From NCBI GenBank assembly GCA_002787235.1, contig PCWG01000023.1:3130-67129 (forward strand): 64,000 nucleotides of DNA, read 5' to 3'. Position 1 is the stretch's first letter, and every line of letters starts with the position of its first letter. A program made the translations under genes and the position numbers. This document shows, in pieces, positions 36,689-47,467 of the stretch. This DNA comes from Nitrospinae bacterium CG11_big_fil_rev_8_21_14_0_20_45_15. Its GTDB lineage: Bacteria; Nitrospinota; Nitrospinia; Nitrospinales; VA-1. The notes beneath the pieces are model-generated. The model ran no database searches. It was given only the letters and a program-made list of their open reading frames with translations, and was not told the origin of the DNA.

Positions 36689-38530
36689 ATGAAAACCAAG
36701 CGATTGCAAGCCGATGTAAGAATGGGTGTTATTTTAGGACTGGCACTGTTTTTTTTGAGTGCCTGCGAAACGATTTCGATGAAAACACCTGCGGAGCTTG
36801 ACTCCCAGGGGGCGGTAGACTTGTCCGACTCTTACGCTGTTCAGGAAGTGGAAAAGTTGCAAAATTCCTGGGGTGGGACGAAGGCCGGAGATCCCCGATC
36901 TTATTACCATTATATGATGGCTTTGAAATCGGATGAACGTCATCAGTTCGAAGAATCGACCGAACATTATGCAGAAGCGGCTAAGTATGATCCTAGAAAC
37001 CTGTTCTTTCACGAACAATTAGTCCGTCAGGCTTTACGGGCAGGGAAGTTTGATATTTTAGCGAAAGCCGTGGAGGCTGGGCTGAAAAATTTCCCGCAAA
37101 ATGCAGAACTCAATATGCGTCAGGCGGATGTTTACCGAGCGCAAGGTAAACCAAGTCTGGCGATGGAATTTTACGAAAAAGCTTATGATCTTGATCCCCG
37201 TTTGAGCCGTGCGTACATACTGCGCGGATCGTTGCTTGAAGATGAGAAGCGTTTCGACAAAGCGCAGGAAATGTATCAAAGGGCCACTTTAGCCTCTCCA
37301 TTTGATCCACTGAGTTCCTATTATCTGGGCAGAGTTGAAATCAAGAATGGCGAATATGAAGAAGCGGTGAAGAATCTTGAGAAGTCTGTCACTTTGCGCC
37401 CCAATTTTATACAGGCGCGGGATTATCTGGCGTGGACTCTTGAAAAGCTGGGTCGGTTACAGGAAGCACTCGACGAGTATAAATTAATTTTGAAACTGGA
37501 TCCGGGTAACGAAAGAATTCTTGAGCGCGTGACAAAAATGCATGACAGAGCCTCAATGTTCAAACGTTATAATCCGGAAATAGATTTCCCCGTGAGTAAA
37601 CTGCTTGAGCCCTTGTATCCCAATATTAAGATGGGCGTCGTTTTTTATGATCGAGGCGATTATTTGCGCGCGTTGGAAGAATTTCAATGGGCGCATCATC
37701 AGGAAGAGAGTAAAGAAGTACTCATAATTCTATCCAAAATTTTTGAAACATTGGATCGCGTCGATTTGGCAATTCAAACTTTCGAAATACTGCGCGTTCA
37801 AACAGAGCCCACTGTAAGAACCCTTTTGTATCTTGCGCGTCTGTATAATATGAACCAGCAGGATGAAAAGGCAACCGAGTTGCTCGAAGCTGCTGTTCGC
37901 ATGGAGCCTGATAACGATTCCTTGTATCATTCGCTTGCTTTGGCGTATCGGGCGATGAAAAATTACGACCGTGCGATAGCCAATATGCAGGAAGCCATCC
38001 GTTTGAATGCTAACAATGATTCCTATTATTTTGAATTTGGAGCGATTCTGGAACGTGCGGGCAAGTTTGACGATGCTTTGGCCAGCATGAAGCGAGCCAT
38101 CGAATTGAATCCGATGCACTCCAATGCGCATAATTTCCTGGGGTATATGTATGCGACTAAAGGAGAGTATCTGGATAAGGCATTGGAGCATCTTGAAAAA
38201 GCTCTGGCGATTCAGCCCCGCAATGGTTACTTTCTCGACAGCATAGGTTGGATATATTATAAAAAAGGAGATTATTCCCGAGCTCTGTCAGAGATCAAAA
38301 AAGCAATGATTTACACTCAGCCCGATCCGGTACTTTACAGCCATTTGGGCGATATCTATTATTCCCTGAAAGACTATGCTCAAGCTCAAAAAGCATGGAA
38401 AACCAGCCTTTCCCTGACAATGGCTCAAGGTGAAGGTGTAACAAGTGACGAAGATGGCGAGTCTCCAGACCCCCGGGAATTGAGTGAAAAAATTGAAAAA
38501 GTAAGCCAACTGCTTGATAAAAGCTTATAA
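36689..38530 (+). CDS. TPR-repeat lipoprotein
   Basis: Lipobox FFLSAC. Repeated 34-aa TPR-like units along 613 aa (A..Y.KA...DP.. pattern). Confidence 0.8.
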   Translation: MKTKRLQADVRMGVILGLALFFLSACETISMKTPAELDSQGAVDLSDSYAVQEVEKLQNSWGGTKAGDPRSYYHYMMALKSDERHQFEESTEHYAEAAKYDPRNLFFHEQLVRQALRAGKFDILAKAVEAGLKNFPQNAELNMRQADVYRAQGKPSLAMEFYEKAYDLDPRLSRAYILRGSLLEDEKRFDKAQEMYQRATLASPFDPLSSYYLGRVEIKNGEYEEAVKNLEKSVTLRPNFIQARDYLAWTLEKLGRLQEALDEYKLILKLDPGNERILERVTKMHDRASMFKRYNPEIDFPVSKLLEPLYPNIKMGVVFYDRGDYLRALEEFQWAHHQEESKEVLIILSKIFETLDRVDLAIQTFEILRVQTEPTVRTLLYLARLYNMNQQDEKATELLEAAVRMEPDNDSLYHSLALAYRAMKNYDRAIANMQEAIRLNANNDSYYFEFGAILERAGKFDDALASMKRAIELNPMHSNAHNFLGYMYATKGEYLDKALEHLEKALAIQPRNGYFLDSIGWIYYKKGDYSRALSEIKKAMIYTQPDPVLYSHLGDIYYSLKDYAQAQKAWKTSLSLTMAQGEGVTSDEDGESPDPRELSEKIEKVSQLLDKSL

Positions 38531-38616
38531 TCAGATTCTTCGCAATTGAGCTATGATCTCTAAAAAGGGGCAGTGCTTTAAGATATGAACAACGATTTCC
38601 TTCGTAGGAATTTTTG

Positions 38617-39417
38617 ATGCGAAATCCAACCTTCCTGGGAGTGTGTGTCTGGGTACTTGTTACTACAGGACTCCTGTCCTGTCAAAGCCTGGGGACTGAT
38701 CTTTCTGGTGTTCGAGAAAATCTTCAGCCGCAATATTTATTGAGTCATCTCATAAATCGTCAATCGGGGATTCATTCCGTAAAATCTTTTCTCAAAGCTT
38801 CAATCAGCAGAGTCGGGGAAAACAAGACTCTGAAACAGGCATTGATTGTAGATGAGAAACAGTCCGTTCGCCTGGATATCCTGGGATTGTTTGGGAATAC
38901 TCTGGGAGTTTTGATTCATAAGAATAATGAAACTTCAATTTATGATTTGAAAAACAGTCGCGTTTTTTCAGGTGCCGAAGCTCAAGATGTGATGAAAGAA
39001 ATCATTGGTTCGCGTTTTGAAATACAAGAACTGATCCTGATTTTGTTGGGAAGGGCTCCCGGTCTTGAGACAATGACTGCCGAGGAAACGTATCTTAGCG
39101 AAGACAAAACACATTATTTTTTGTCGACGCTGGATCAAAAAAGCGGAGAAATAGCAGAAATAGAAATCGACTCATCTACGCTGTTGCCCCGTCATCTATT
39201 GCGTAAAAAAGGGAAAGCCGTTCTTTATGAGCTGAGCTGGCAGGAATATGAGAAGAGAAGTGGACAGTATTTCCCATTGAATATCACCTTGAATCGACCT
39301 CTTCAAAAAGAAGAAGTCAGTCTTAGATTTGACGATCCTCTGTTGAATGAAGAATTAGCACTTGGAGTTTTTGACATGTTTGTAGTACCGTCATCAGAAA
39401 GCAAGCAAGATTCATGA
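38617..39417 (+). CDS. Outer-membrane lipoprotein, LolB/DUF4292-like
   Basis: Lipobox GLLSCQS. It sits directly upstream of and overlaps ispE, as lolB does in proteobacteria. Sequence-level assignment is weak. Confidence 0.5.
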   Translation: MRNPTFLGVCVWVLVTTGLLSCQSLGTDLSGVRENLQPQYLLSHLINRQSGIHSVKSFLKASISRVGENKTLKQALIVDEKQSVRLDILGLFGNTLGVLIHKNNETSIYDLKNSRVFSGAEAQDVMKEIIGSRFEIQELILILLGRAPGLETMTAEETYLSEDKTHYFLSTLDQKSGEIAEIEIDSSTLLPRHLLRKKGKAVLYELSWQEYEKRSGQYFPLNITLNRPLQKEEVSLRFDDPLLNEELALGVFDMFVVPSSESKQDS

Positions 39418-40322
39418 AGTTGGAAATCCGAACGCCGGCGAAAATCAATCTTGGGCTGAAAATTCTGGGCAAACGAGATGACGGTTATCACGAGTTGGAA
39501 ACTCTCTTTCAGATGGTGGATTTCTATGACCATCTCGAATTTGAAAGCATTCCTGCTGGCATACAATTAGAATGTGACACACCCGGGATCCCTGTTGACA
39601 GTAGCAACTTAGTGTGGCGAGCGGCAGAAGTGCTCAAGGAAGGCCAAAAAGAAGTTCCCGGGGTTTCGATACGCCTGACAAAGAAGATACCCTCAGGAGC
39701 AGGTCTGGGAGGCGGTAGCGGAAATGCGGCCGGAACCTTGCTGGCCTTGAATAAACTTTGGGATTTGAAGCTAACCCGCCCGCAATTGCAAAAAATTGCC
39801 GCAACACTGGGGTCAGATATCCCCTTTTTTCTGGAATCTCCCTGTGCCTTGGGACAAGGCCGAGGAGAACGCCTGACCGCATTGCAAGGTGCTGAGAAAT
39901 TTGACGTCCTGTTAGTCTCCCCACATTTCCCCATTTCTACGGCGGAAGTATATGGACGATTAAAATGGGGGTTGACAAACAGCGGAAATGATATTAGCAT
40001 TCTGCGAAAATTTTTGTCTAAATCTGACGTTCAGGGGCTTGCTGGTTGCCTGTTCAACGACTTGGAACCTGGGGTGCTAGAGAAGCACTCTCAAATCCAG
40101 GAAATTAAGGATATGTTGACCGGCTTGGGTGCGAGTGGGGCCTTGCTTTCGGGAAGTGGTTCCACTGTTTTTGGTGTTTTCAGCGATTCGGAAAAAGCTG
40201 AAAAGGCTTTGATGAATTTTCCCAAAGGTGATTGGGATCTCAAGCATTGTAAAACCTTGAACAGCTTTGCAGATTTTTTGCCTGATGAAATTTTGAGCTA
40301 TACGGACTCAATTTTGTTATAA
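39414..40322 (+). CDS. ispE: 4-diphosphocytidyl-2-C-methyl-D-erythritol kinase
   Basis: PAKINLGLKILGKRDDGYHELETLFQ...KKIPSGAGLGGGSGNAA (GHMP kinase motif). Confidence 0.92.
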   Translation: MKLEIRTPAKINLGLKILGKRDDGYHELETLFQMVDFYDHLEFESIPAGIQLECDTPGIPVDSSNLVWRAAEVLKEGQKEVPGVSIRLTKKIPSGAGLGGGSGNAAGTLLALNKLWDLKLTRPQLQKIAATLGSDIPFFLESPCALGQGRGERLTALQGAEKFDVLLVSPHFPISTAEVYGRLKWGLTNSGNDISILRKFLSKSDVQGLAGCLFNDLEPGVLEKHSQIQEIKDMLTGLGASGALLSGSGSTVFGVFSDSEKAEKALMNFPKGDWDLKHCKTLNSFADFLPDEILSYTDSILL

Positions 40323-40649
40323 GTAAGAGCGGCGCATCAAAAATGCACATGATATGCAGATCATGGTTGACTCTGCTGGAGTTAGGCCGTTAAATAAATT
40401 ATCTAATCGTTTAGAAAAGCTTTTCGGCTTGCAAACTGCGTTTTCTGGGTTCCTGCGGTAGTTCCTCAAGATCCAAAAAGAAGAGGCGTGGACGTTTAAA
40501 GATTTCTGGTGTTGTTAAAACATCAGGGCCTGTCTTGTGTGGAGTTTCCTGTTGAGGTGGGGCAGGGCTTTTGCGTGGTCGTGATAGCTGATAGCTTTTG
40601 CAAATTAACCTTGAATCCCTCTTGAGGGTATTTGAGGGGAAGGTATTTT

Positions 40650-40725
40650 TGGGGCGTCGTCAAGTGGCTAAGACACAGGATTTTGATTCCTGCATTCGGA
40701 GGTTCGAGTCCTCCCGCCCCAGCCA
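40650..40725 (+). tRNA. tRNA-Gln (anticodon UUG)
   Basis: Collinear with E. coli tRNA-Gln: TGGGGCG...GGATTTTGATTCC...GGTTCGAGTCCTCC CGCCCCA G CCA. Confidence 0.9.
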
Positions 40726-40753
40726 ATTATTCTGAAAGCGGTAAAAATAAATA

Positions 40754-41707
40754 ATGGATAACAACAACGGTAGACCCCTTGTGTTTTCTGGCAGAGCCAA
40801 TCTTGAATTGGCGAAGGATATCTGTAAGTATCTGGATATTTCTTTGGGTCAGATAGACATCAAGAATTTCTCCGATCAGGAAATTTTTGTCCGAATCGAA
40901 GAAAACGTACGTGGTGGCGACGTTTTCATCATTCAGCCAACCTGTTATCCCGGCAACGAACATTTGATGGAACTGCTCATCATGATGGACGCTTTCCGCC
41001 GATCCTCCGCAAAACGTATTACCGCCGTATTGCCCTATTACGGGTATGCTCGGCAAGATCGAAAAACCGAACCCCGAGTGCCTATCACATCCAAGCTGGT
41101 GGCCGATTTGTTGCAAGTCTCTGGTGCGAACCGGATTTTGACTGTGGATCTGCATGCCGGGCAAATTCAGGGCTTTTTTAACATTCCGGTTGATCATCTT
41201 TACGCCATGAATGTGTTGATAGATTATGTCAAAGAGCAACAGTTTGAAGATTTAGTAGTCATATCCCCCGATGCGGGTGGGGTGGAAAGAGCGCGTGCCT
41301 TTGCAAAACGACTTGGTGAAGTCTCTCTGGCCATCATTGATAAACGGAGAGAAGCCGCAAATATTGCAAGAGCGATGAATATCATCGGTGACGTTGAGGG
41401 AAAGAGATGCCTCATCGTTGATGATATGATTGATACTGCTGGAACATTGATGGAGGCAACCGATGCATTGCTTGGGGCTGGGGCTCTTGAGGTCCATGCC
41501 TGTTGTACCCATCCGGTGCTTTCGGGGCCGGCAAGGGAAAGAATCGTCCAGTCGCCTCTAAAATCCATGATTGCTACAAATACAATTCCCTTGAATGAGG
41601 AATTGAAGAAAATAGGAAAGATTAAAATTCTGTCCGTAGCACCCCTTCTGGGTGAAGCTATTAGCAGGATTCACCAGGAAACATCGGTGAGTTCCCTTTT
41701 TGACTGA
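40754..41707 (+). CDS. prs: Ribose-phosphate pyrophosphokinase
   Basis: [13 protein letters not shown]...[23 protein letters not shown]...[10 protein letters not shown]...[11 protein letters not shown]...DDMIDTAGT. Confidence 0.95.
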   Translation: MDNNNGRPLVFSGRANLELAKDICKYLDISLGQIDIKNFSDQEIFVRIEENVRGGDVFIIQPTCYPGNEHLMELLIMMDAFRRSSAKRITAVLPYYGYARQDRKTEPRVPITSKLVADLLQVSGANRILTVDLHAGQIQGFFNIPVDHLYAMNVLIDYVKEQQFEDLVVISPDAGGVERARAFAKRLGEVSLAIIDKRREAANIARAMNIIGDVEGKRCLIVDDMIDTAGTLMEATDALLGAGALEVHACCTHPVLSGPARERIVQSPLKSMIATNTIPLNEELKKIGKIKILSVAPLLGEAISRIHQETSVSSLFD

Positions 41708-41771
41708 TCCATTGAAGAAAAACACAGAATTTAAAATAAATACACCCAGATAAAACAGGAGAAAAGAAAGC

Positions 41772-42404
41772 ATGTCCGCTACATTGACAGGAAAAATTAG
41801 AGAAGGAAGAGGGAAGTCCTCGGCTCGGGCCGCGCGCAGGGAAGAATTGCTTCCAGGGGTCCTTTATGGAATGCAGGATAATGTTTCCTTCACAATTATC
41901 GAGAAAGAACTGAAAAAAATTCTGCATGCAGAAGGGAAAAACGTTCTTATCGATTTGAAAATTGAAGGAGATGCCAAGAGCAGAAAAGTTGTGCTCAAGG
42001 ATTATCAGACGCATCCTTTAAAAGCCAGTTGGAGGCATGTTGACTTTCTCGAAGTGGATGAGAACAAGAAAATTCATGTTCAAGTTCCTTTTATTTTCAA
42101 AGGAAAATCACCGGGTGAAAAACAAGGCGGCATAGTCAATCATCTTATAGACGAAATTGAAGTAGAGTGTCTGCCAAGCAACATTCTCTCCTCAATTGAG
42201 ATCGACATGACTGCGATCGGATTGGGAGATGTGCTCCATGTATCGGATTTGAAATTGCCGGCAACTGTAAATATTCTGACCCCTTTGACGACAGCGATCG
42301 TTGGTGTTATGGAAGAGAAAGCCGAAGTTGAAAAAGTCGAAGCTGAAGAGACCGAAGACGCAAAACCTGCGGAGAAGAGTGCCGGCGGGGAAGCAAAGAA
42401 GTAG
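41772..42404 (+). CDS. rplY: 50S ribosomal protein L25 / general stress protein Ctc
   Basis: RREELLPGVLYG...VLKDYQTHPLK..WRHVDFLEV, an acidic/Lys-rich tail, and position between prs and pth. Confidence 0.9.
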   Translation: MSATLTGKIREGRGKSSARAARREELLPGVLYGMQDNVSFTIIEKELKKILHAEGKNVLIDLKIEGDAKSRKVVLKDYQTHPLKASWRHVDFLEVDENKKIHVQVPFIFKGKSPGEKQGGIVNHLIDEIEVECLPSNILSSIEIDMTAIGLGDVLHVSDLKLPATVNILTPLTTAIVGVMEEKAEVEKVEAEETEDAKPAEKSAGGEAKK

Positions 42405-42422
42405 CAAGGGCTCGATAATCCC

Positions 42423-42956
42423 GTGTTTCTTATATTGGGACTTGGGAATCCCGGTCCCAAATATCAGTTTACCCGTCATAATGTAGGTTTTATGGCTTTG
42501 GATACCTTGGCCGATGCGCACGGAATTCGCTTGTCAAAGCATGATCAGAGCTCTCTTTTTGGTCAGGGAAAAATAGGCGACGAAACAGTCATCCTCGCCA
42601 AGCCGATGACCTACATGAATGAAAGCGGTCTGGCGGCAATCGCACTGCTAAGGAAATATCATTTGCAGGTGGACAGAATGATTGTCCTTCATGACGAGAT
42701 TGATCTCCCGCTAGGTACGGTAAAGCTCAAGCGAAAAGGTGGAGATGCAGGGCAGAAGGGTGTTCGCTCAATAATTCAACGCACGGGTGAAGACGAGTTT
42801 GCAAGAATTCGGATAGGCATTGGACGCCCTCTTGACAAACAAGACATAGCCGATTACGTTTTATCCTCTTTTGAAATAGATGAAAGAGGTGCTCTCGGAG
42901 AAATTCTGGAGCTAGCCTCAGAAAAAGTGAAAGAGATTTTAAATGAGGCTCACTGA
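42423..42956 (+). CDS. pth: Peptidyl-tRNA hydrolase
   Basis: LILGLGNPGPKYQFTRHNVGFMALD...PMTYMNESG...HDEIDLPLG...GHNGVRS-like QKGVRSI. Confidence 0.93.
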   Translation: MFLILGLGNPGPKYQFTRHNVGFMALDTLADAHGIRLSKHDQSSLFGQGKIGDETVILAKPMTYMNESGLAAIALLRKYHLQVDRMIVLHDEIDLPLGTVKLKRKGGDAGQKGVRSIIQRTGEDEFARIRIGIGRPLDKQDIADYVLSSFEIDERGALGEILELASEKVKEILNEAH

Positions 42957-43086
42957 GTTCTATGACATCCTGTAAAATTTTTATGTTAGGAACTCACCAT
43001 CAAATATCAGCCTGGTGAATGGCCAAATCAAATAAATTTTAAGTTCTAAAAAGTCACCATCAATTTAAACTGAGGAGTCAATAGAG

Positions 43087-45162
43087 ATGTTAAAGGAATG
43101 CCAGGGAGAGCTGACGTTCGTCGGTCTATCTGTTTTAGTCTATGCTGTTATGGCGATGTTCGGCGTGTCCGGAAACTTCGCTTACGTGGCATGGATTTTT
43201 GGTTTTTTTGGGTTGGTTGTAGCGTGGAAAGTTTTTGAGTACGTAGACGACCAACCTGAAGGCAATGAGAAGATGAGAGAAATTGCCGATATGATCCACG
43301 AAGGTGCCATGGTCTTCCTTTCTCGTGAATACCGTATTCTGGCTTACTTTGTCGGCGGGGTTTTCTTTATCCTCGTTGCAATCATATCGTCTCAAACGAC
43401 CCTTTGGATTGGTTTTTGGACAGGTATTGCCTATATCCTTGGAGCGGCATGCTCCATGGCGGCAGGTTTTTTTGGCATGAATGCCGCTACCACGGCAAAT
43501 GTGCGTACCGCACAAGCCGCGACGGATGGCGGACAAGCTAAGGCTTTGAATGTCGCTTTCAACGGCGGCGCGGTTATGGGACTTTGTGTTGCGAGTCTCG
43601 GTCTCGTTGGCGTTGGTGGTCTTTTTCTGTTGTTTGCTCGCGGGGATTCGATCAGTGTCATCAGTGGTTTTGCAATGGGTGCCAGTTCCATCGCCCTGTT
43701 TGCCCGTGTTGGTGGCGGTATCTACACCAAGACGGCAGATGTTGGTTCCGACCTCGTTGGTAAAGTGGAAGCAGGGATTCCAGAAGACGATCCACGAAAT
43801 CCCGGCGTAATCGCAGACAATGTCGGCGACTGTGTCGGTGACACGGCAGGACTGGGTGCTGATATTTTTGAATCCTATGTCGGTTCCATGATCGCAACCA
43901 TTGCGATTGGTGCGGGTATGGCCGCCATGAGATTTGAGTACATGGCACTTCCTGTCATCATTGCAATGGTCGGTTTGATCGCATCCATCGTTGGTATTCG
44001 AGCGATGGCCTCTCTGGCGGAGCAGGATCCCGCATCCGCATTGCGTAACTGTACCTTTGTCAGCGCAGGTTCGATGTTGTTTGTGGCGTTCATCATTATC
44101 AAGGTAATGGGCTTGCCAACAGGTGTATTCTGGGCATTGACATTTGGTTGTATCGCTGGAATCGCGATTGGTTTGATCACTGAATATTACACCGCAGGGT
44201 CTCCTGTGGTTCGCATTGCAGAGTCCAGCAAAACAGGTGTTGCGACGGTCATGATCACGGGTCTTGCTGTTGCTATGGAAAGTTGTGTGCTTCCGGTTCT
44301 CGTCATCGCCTTGGCTATTTTTATGGGCGCGCATTTTGCGGGTCTTTATGGAGTTGCCTTGTCGGCTGTTGGAATGTTAGCGACCGTTGGTATCACTATG
44401 TCGGTCGATGCCTACGGCCCGATCGCAGACAATGCAGGTGGTATTTCTGAAATGGCAGGTCTTGGCGAAGAAACCCGAAAGATCACCGACGGACTGGATC
44501 AAGTGGGCAACACCACTGCCGCAATCGGTAAAGGTTTTGCCATCGGTTCCGCCGCACTGACTGCTCTGGCTCTTTTTGCCGCATTCACTCAAGCCGCGCA
44601 CATCGATTCTATTGATATCACACGCACCCATGTTGTTATCGGTATGTTCATTGGCGGCACCATTCCATTTTATGTTGCGGCTTTGACCATGACATCGGTT
44701 GGGAATGCGGCCATGACGATGGTGGAAGAAATTCGTCGCCAATTTCGGGAAATTCCCGGTCTGATGGAAGGCACGGGCAAACCTGACAGCGCACGATGCA
44801 TTGATATCAGCACCAAGGCGGCATTGAAAGAAATGGTTTTGCCGGGTGCTGTAGCTGTTGTCATGCCCATTTTGATTGGTTTTACCATGGGAGCAGAAGC
44901 TCTCGGTGGTATGCTAATGGGCGCAACACTGTCCGGCGTTCTTCTTGCTCTGCTGATGTCCAATGGCGGTGGTGCATGGGACAATGCTAAAAAGTATGTT
45001 GAAGCAGGCAATCTTGGCGGCAAAGGGTCCGAAGCGCATCATGCCACTGTAGTGGGTGATACTGTGGGCGATCCTCTTAAAGACACATCGGGTCCGGCAA
45101 TGAACATTCTCATCAAGTTGATGTCCATTGTATCCCTCGTGTTGGCCCCCTTGTTTCTGTGA
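43087..45162 (+). CDS. hppA: Membrane-integral pyrophosphatase (K+-dependent-type signature)
   Basis: [18 protein letters not shown] and [13 protein letters not shown] motifs. [10 protein letters not shown] carries Ala, not Lys, at the position that separates K+-dependent from K+-independent enzymes. Confidence 0.95.
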   Translation: MLKECQGELTFVGLSVLVYAVMAMFGVSGNFAYVAWIFGFFGLVVAWKVFEYVDDQPEGNEKMREIADMIHEGAMVFLSREYRILAYFVGGVFFILVAIISSQTTLWIGFWTGIAYILGAACSMAAGFFGMNAATTANVRTAQAATDGGQAKALNVAFNGGAVMGLCVASLGLVGVGGLFLLFARGDSISVISGFAMGASSIALFARVGGGIYTKTADVGSDLVGKVEAGIPEDDPRNPGVIADNVGDCVGDTAGLGADIFESYVGSMIATIAIGAGMAAMRFEYMALPVIIAMVGLIASIVGIRAMASLAEQDPASALRNCTFVSAGSMLFVAFIIIKVMGLPTGVFWALTFGCIAGIAIGLITEYYTAGSPVVRIAESSKTGVATVMITGLAVAMESCVLPVLVIALAIFMGAHFAGLYGVALSAVGMLATVGITMSVDAYGPIADNAGGISEMAGLGEETRKITDGLDQVGNTTAAIGKGFAIGSAALTALALFAAFTQAAHIDSIDITRTHVVIGMFIGGTIPFYVAALTMTSVGNAAMTMVEEIRRQFREIPGLMEGTGKPDSARCIDISTKAALKEMVLPGAVAVVMPILIGFTMGAEALGGMLMGATLSGVLLALLMSNGGGAWDNAKKYVEAGNLGGKGSEAHHATVVGDTVGDPLKDTSGPAMNILIKLMSIVSLVLAPLFL

Positions 45163-45202
45163 CCTGTTGTAAAATGAATGGAGCTTTATTAGAAGTTCCC
45201 GG

Positions 45203-45236
45203 AAAAGGGATGAGGAAATTTCCTCATCCCTTTTTT
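45203..45236 (+). terminator. Rho-independent terminator after hppA
   Basis: AAAAGGGATGAGGA / TCCTCATCCCTTTT stem, AATT loop, T-run. Confidence 0.85.
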
Positions 45237-45250
45237 AATGGGTTTTGATC

Positions 45251-46063
45251 ATGTCCCCCCTGCGATTTGGTTGTCACGATTTTTTAAACGCTCAACCCCT
45301 GCTCAAAAATCTTAAAAAGAGTACGTCTGCTTTGAATCTTGTCATTCAAACAGGCACACCGGGAGAGCTTGCCGACCGATTGCGGGCAGGTGAACTCGAC
45401 CTGGCAATGATCCCTTCCTACGAATATTTAAAAAATGTACGGACCTATCGACTTCTGCCCGGAGTGTGTATCGCCTCGAGAGGAGAGGTGGAGAGTGTGT
45501 TTCTAGTCACCCAAAATAAAGATTTCAAACAAATCAAGACGGTTGCCGTAGATTGCCGATCACGTACTTCCGTTGCGGTTCTTAACATTCTCTTTGGAGA
45601 TCGTTTTGACAGCGATTGGAGTCTTCGCCCCGCCGAACCCGATCTGGAAGTGATGCTGAGCGAAAGCTCAGCGGCCCTCATCATAGGCGACCCCGCATTG
45701 GAACTGGATCGTTCCAGCCCGTACTTCCGATACGATTTGAGTCAGGAATGGTTCCACCGGACAGGAAAATCTTTTGTTCATGCGGTTGTCGCTATTCGCG
45801 AAGGGGTTCTCGTCCCAAAGGAAATATCAAATTCGATTCAAAATGCGACGCAAAAAGATGCAGATTTGCTTGAAGTTATTTGCAGAAAATATGCAGAGCA
45901 GGATGAAACAAAATTCGTTCAATGCCAAAATTATCTGACTCATAAAATCAGTTACCATCTGGGTTCTGAAGAAATTGAAGGTTTGACCCAGTTCCAGAAG
46001 ATGTGTGAGAATATTGACGAGGGGATAATCCAGCAAGATTTTATCTGGGAGAATGTGGAATGA
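45251..46063 (+). CDS. mqnA: Chorismate dehydratase MqnA (futalosine menaquinone pathway)
   Basis: LRFGCHDFLNAQPLL... N-terminus and periplasmic-binding-protein-like fold pattern typical of MqnA. The start is ATG 45251 or TTG 45245. Confidence 0.75.
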   Translation: MSPLRFGCHDFLNAQPLLKNLKKSTSALNLVIQTGTPGELADRLRAGELDLAMIPSYEYLKNVRTYRLLPGVCIASRGEVESVFLVTQNKDFKQIKTVAVDCRSRTSVAVLNILFGDRFDSDWSLRPAEPDLEVMLSESSAALIIGDPALELDRSSPYFRYDLSQEWFHRTGKSFVHAVVAIREGVLVPKEISNSIQNATQKDADLLEVICRKYAEQDETKFVQCQNYLTHKISYHLGSEEIEGLTQFQKMCENIDEGIIQQDFIWENVE

Positions 46064-46746
46064 CAGAGACGACAATACTTGTGGTTGAAGACGAAGAAGA
46101 TATTCAGGAGTTGATCGTATTCAACATGAAAAAAGAAGGTTACAAGGTAGAGCGTGCCGATTCCGGGAGTGATGCCATTCGTATGGCACGTGAAATTCAT
46201 CCGGATCTGATGATACTGGATTTGATGCTACCCGGTTTGAGCGGTCTGGAAGTCTGCCAGCAAATTCGTGATAACAAAGAAATGGCCGACATGCCCATCA
46301 TTATGGTGACCGCAAAAGGAGAAGAATCCGACATTGTCGCGGGTCTTGAAATGGGTGCCGATGATTATGTGACCAAGCCCTTCAGCGTAAAAATATTATT
46401 GACTCGCGTTAAAGCCCTGTTGAGAAGAAAAAATGGAGGATCGTTGGAAGAAGAGGGGATTTTGCGGTTTCCTGATCTGGAAATCAATGTTGGCAAACAC
46501 GAAACACTGGTTTGTGGGCAACAAATCAAACTGACCCATTCAGAATTTGCTATTCTCCACGCTCTCGCTCTTCGACCCGGCTGGGTCTTTACCCGCACCC
46601 AAATCGTCAACGCTATTCGTGGAGACGATTATGCCGTCACCGATCGATCGATTGATTTTCAAATTGTCGGCTTGAGAAAAAAACTGGATACGGTTTCACA
46701 TTATATTGAGACGGTCCGCGGGGTGGGGTATCGCTTTTATGAATGA
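46060..46746 (+). CDS. OmpR/PhoB-family response regulator (no cognate kinase in the window)
   Basis: Receiver domain (VVEDEEDI, DLMILDLMLPG, VTAKG, VTKPF) plus winged helix (LTHSEFAIL...TVRGVGYRF). ATGA overlap with mqnA. Confidence 0.9.
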   Translation: MTETTILVVEDEEDIQELIVFNMKKEGYKVERADSGSDAIRMAREIHPDLMILDLMLPGLSGLEVCQQIRDNKEMADMPIIMVTAKGEESDIVAGLEMGADDYVTKPFSVKILLTRVKALLRRKNGGSLEEEGILRFPDLEINVGKHETLVCGQQIKLTHSEFAILHALALRPGWVFTRTQIVNAIRGDDYAVTDRSIDFQIVGLRKKLDTVSHYIETVRGVGYRFYE

Positions 46747-46774
46747 TTTCGCGGGTTCAAAAAGGGCATCGTTC

Positions 46775-47467
46775 CTATTCAGGTGATGTGTTGTTTTTTA
46801 GCCACGCAAAAGAATAATGGATCCAGAGCAGGAGAGTGGCTCCCAGCAGTTCGGCCATTTCTTCGAGGGTGGAAAATATTTTGAACTGGCTCCAGGACGA
46901 AGCGTCGAGATAGTTTTCGGCTCCGAGGATTTTGGCTTGCATGGTTTCCAGACCGGCGGCCAGGGCAAAAAGGCCGACAAGCACCAGACCGGCAACGAAC
47001 AGGTGAGGGTGGGCGCGGAATTGCAGGTAATAAAAAACACTGAGAGCACCTCCCACGAGTAGGATGATGGGTGAGAAGATCAGCGTCCAGAGCAAGGCCC
47101 CACCTTCTTTGGAAACCAGAAAATAGTCGCGCAAGTTATTTCCTCCCGAGCTTTCCATGAGCCAGCGCGTCGCGGTTTCGTGGAACTGTCCCGTTTCATC
47201 GATCGACATCAATAGCATGAGTCCCGTGACCAGTAACCACCCGCGATTATAAGGCGTCTGCTTGCCTTGAAAATAGCAGTGCAGTGCCGCTATCGCCGCA
47301 AGGGTGAATTTGAAGCTGGAATACCAGGTAGGCAGATTGCCTTCCTGACCGAGGTCCACTCTTTCGCCCAATAGAGGATGGTTTGCAAACAGCAGGTATA
47401 GGGCGAGGATGAAAAAGTCGGCGCAGATGAACCCGATCAATATTTTTTTAGGCTCTATGGGGAACAT
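46775..47467 (-). CDS. Hypothetical polytopic membrane protein
   Basis: 230 aa with ~6 TM segments. Its start shares 1 nt with the stop of the upstream sulfatase-fold gene. Confidence 0.55.
   Translation of the reverse strand: MFPIEPKKILIGFICADFFILALYLLFANHPLLGERVDLGQEGNLPTWYSSFKFTLAAIAALHCYFQGKQTPYNRGWLLVTGLMLLMSIDETGQFHETATRWLMESSGGNNLRDYFLVSKEGGALLWTLIFSPIILLVGGALSVFYYLQFRAHPHLFVAGLVLVGLFALAAGLETMQAKILGAENYLDASSWSQFKIFSTLEEMAELLGATLLLWIHYSFAWLKNNTSPE

Noticed and set aside
40323-40649. A 327-nt unannotated spacer between ispE and tRNA-Gln with a promoter-like element (TTGACT-N17/18-TAAAT, 40367-40396). It could be an ncRNA or a tRNA leader.
   Set aside because: I could recognise no SRP, 6S or RNase P motifs. 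The promoter is 250 nt from the tRNA, and the structure is unconvincing by eye. It needs RNA-seq or Rfam.
43135-44334. A 399-aa ORF antisense to hppA, plus several other long antisense ORFs at 43431-45023.
   Set aside because: The translation is low-complexity and rich in R, H, C and T, with no motifs. The sense strand encodes an unmistakable full-length pyrophosphatase. This is a typical shadow ORF.
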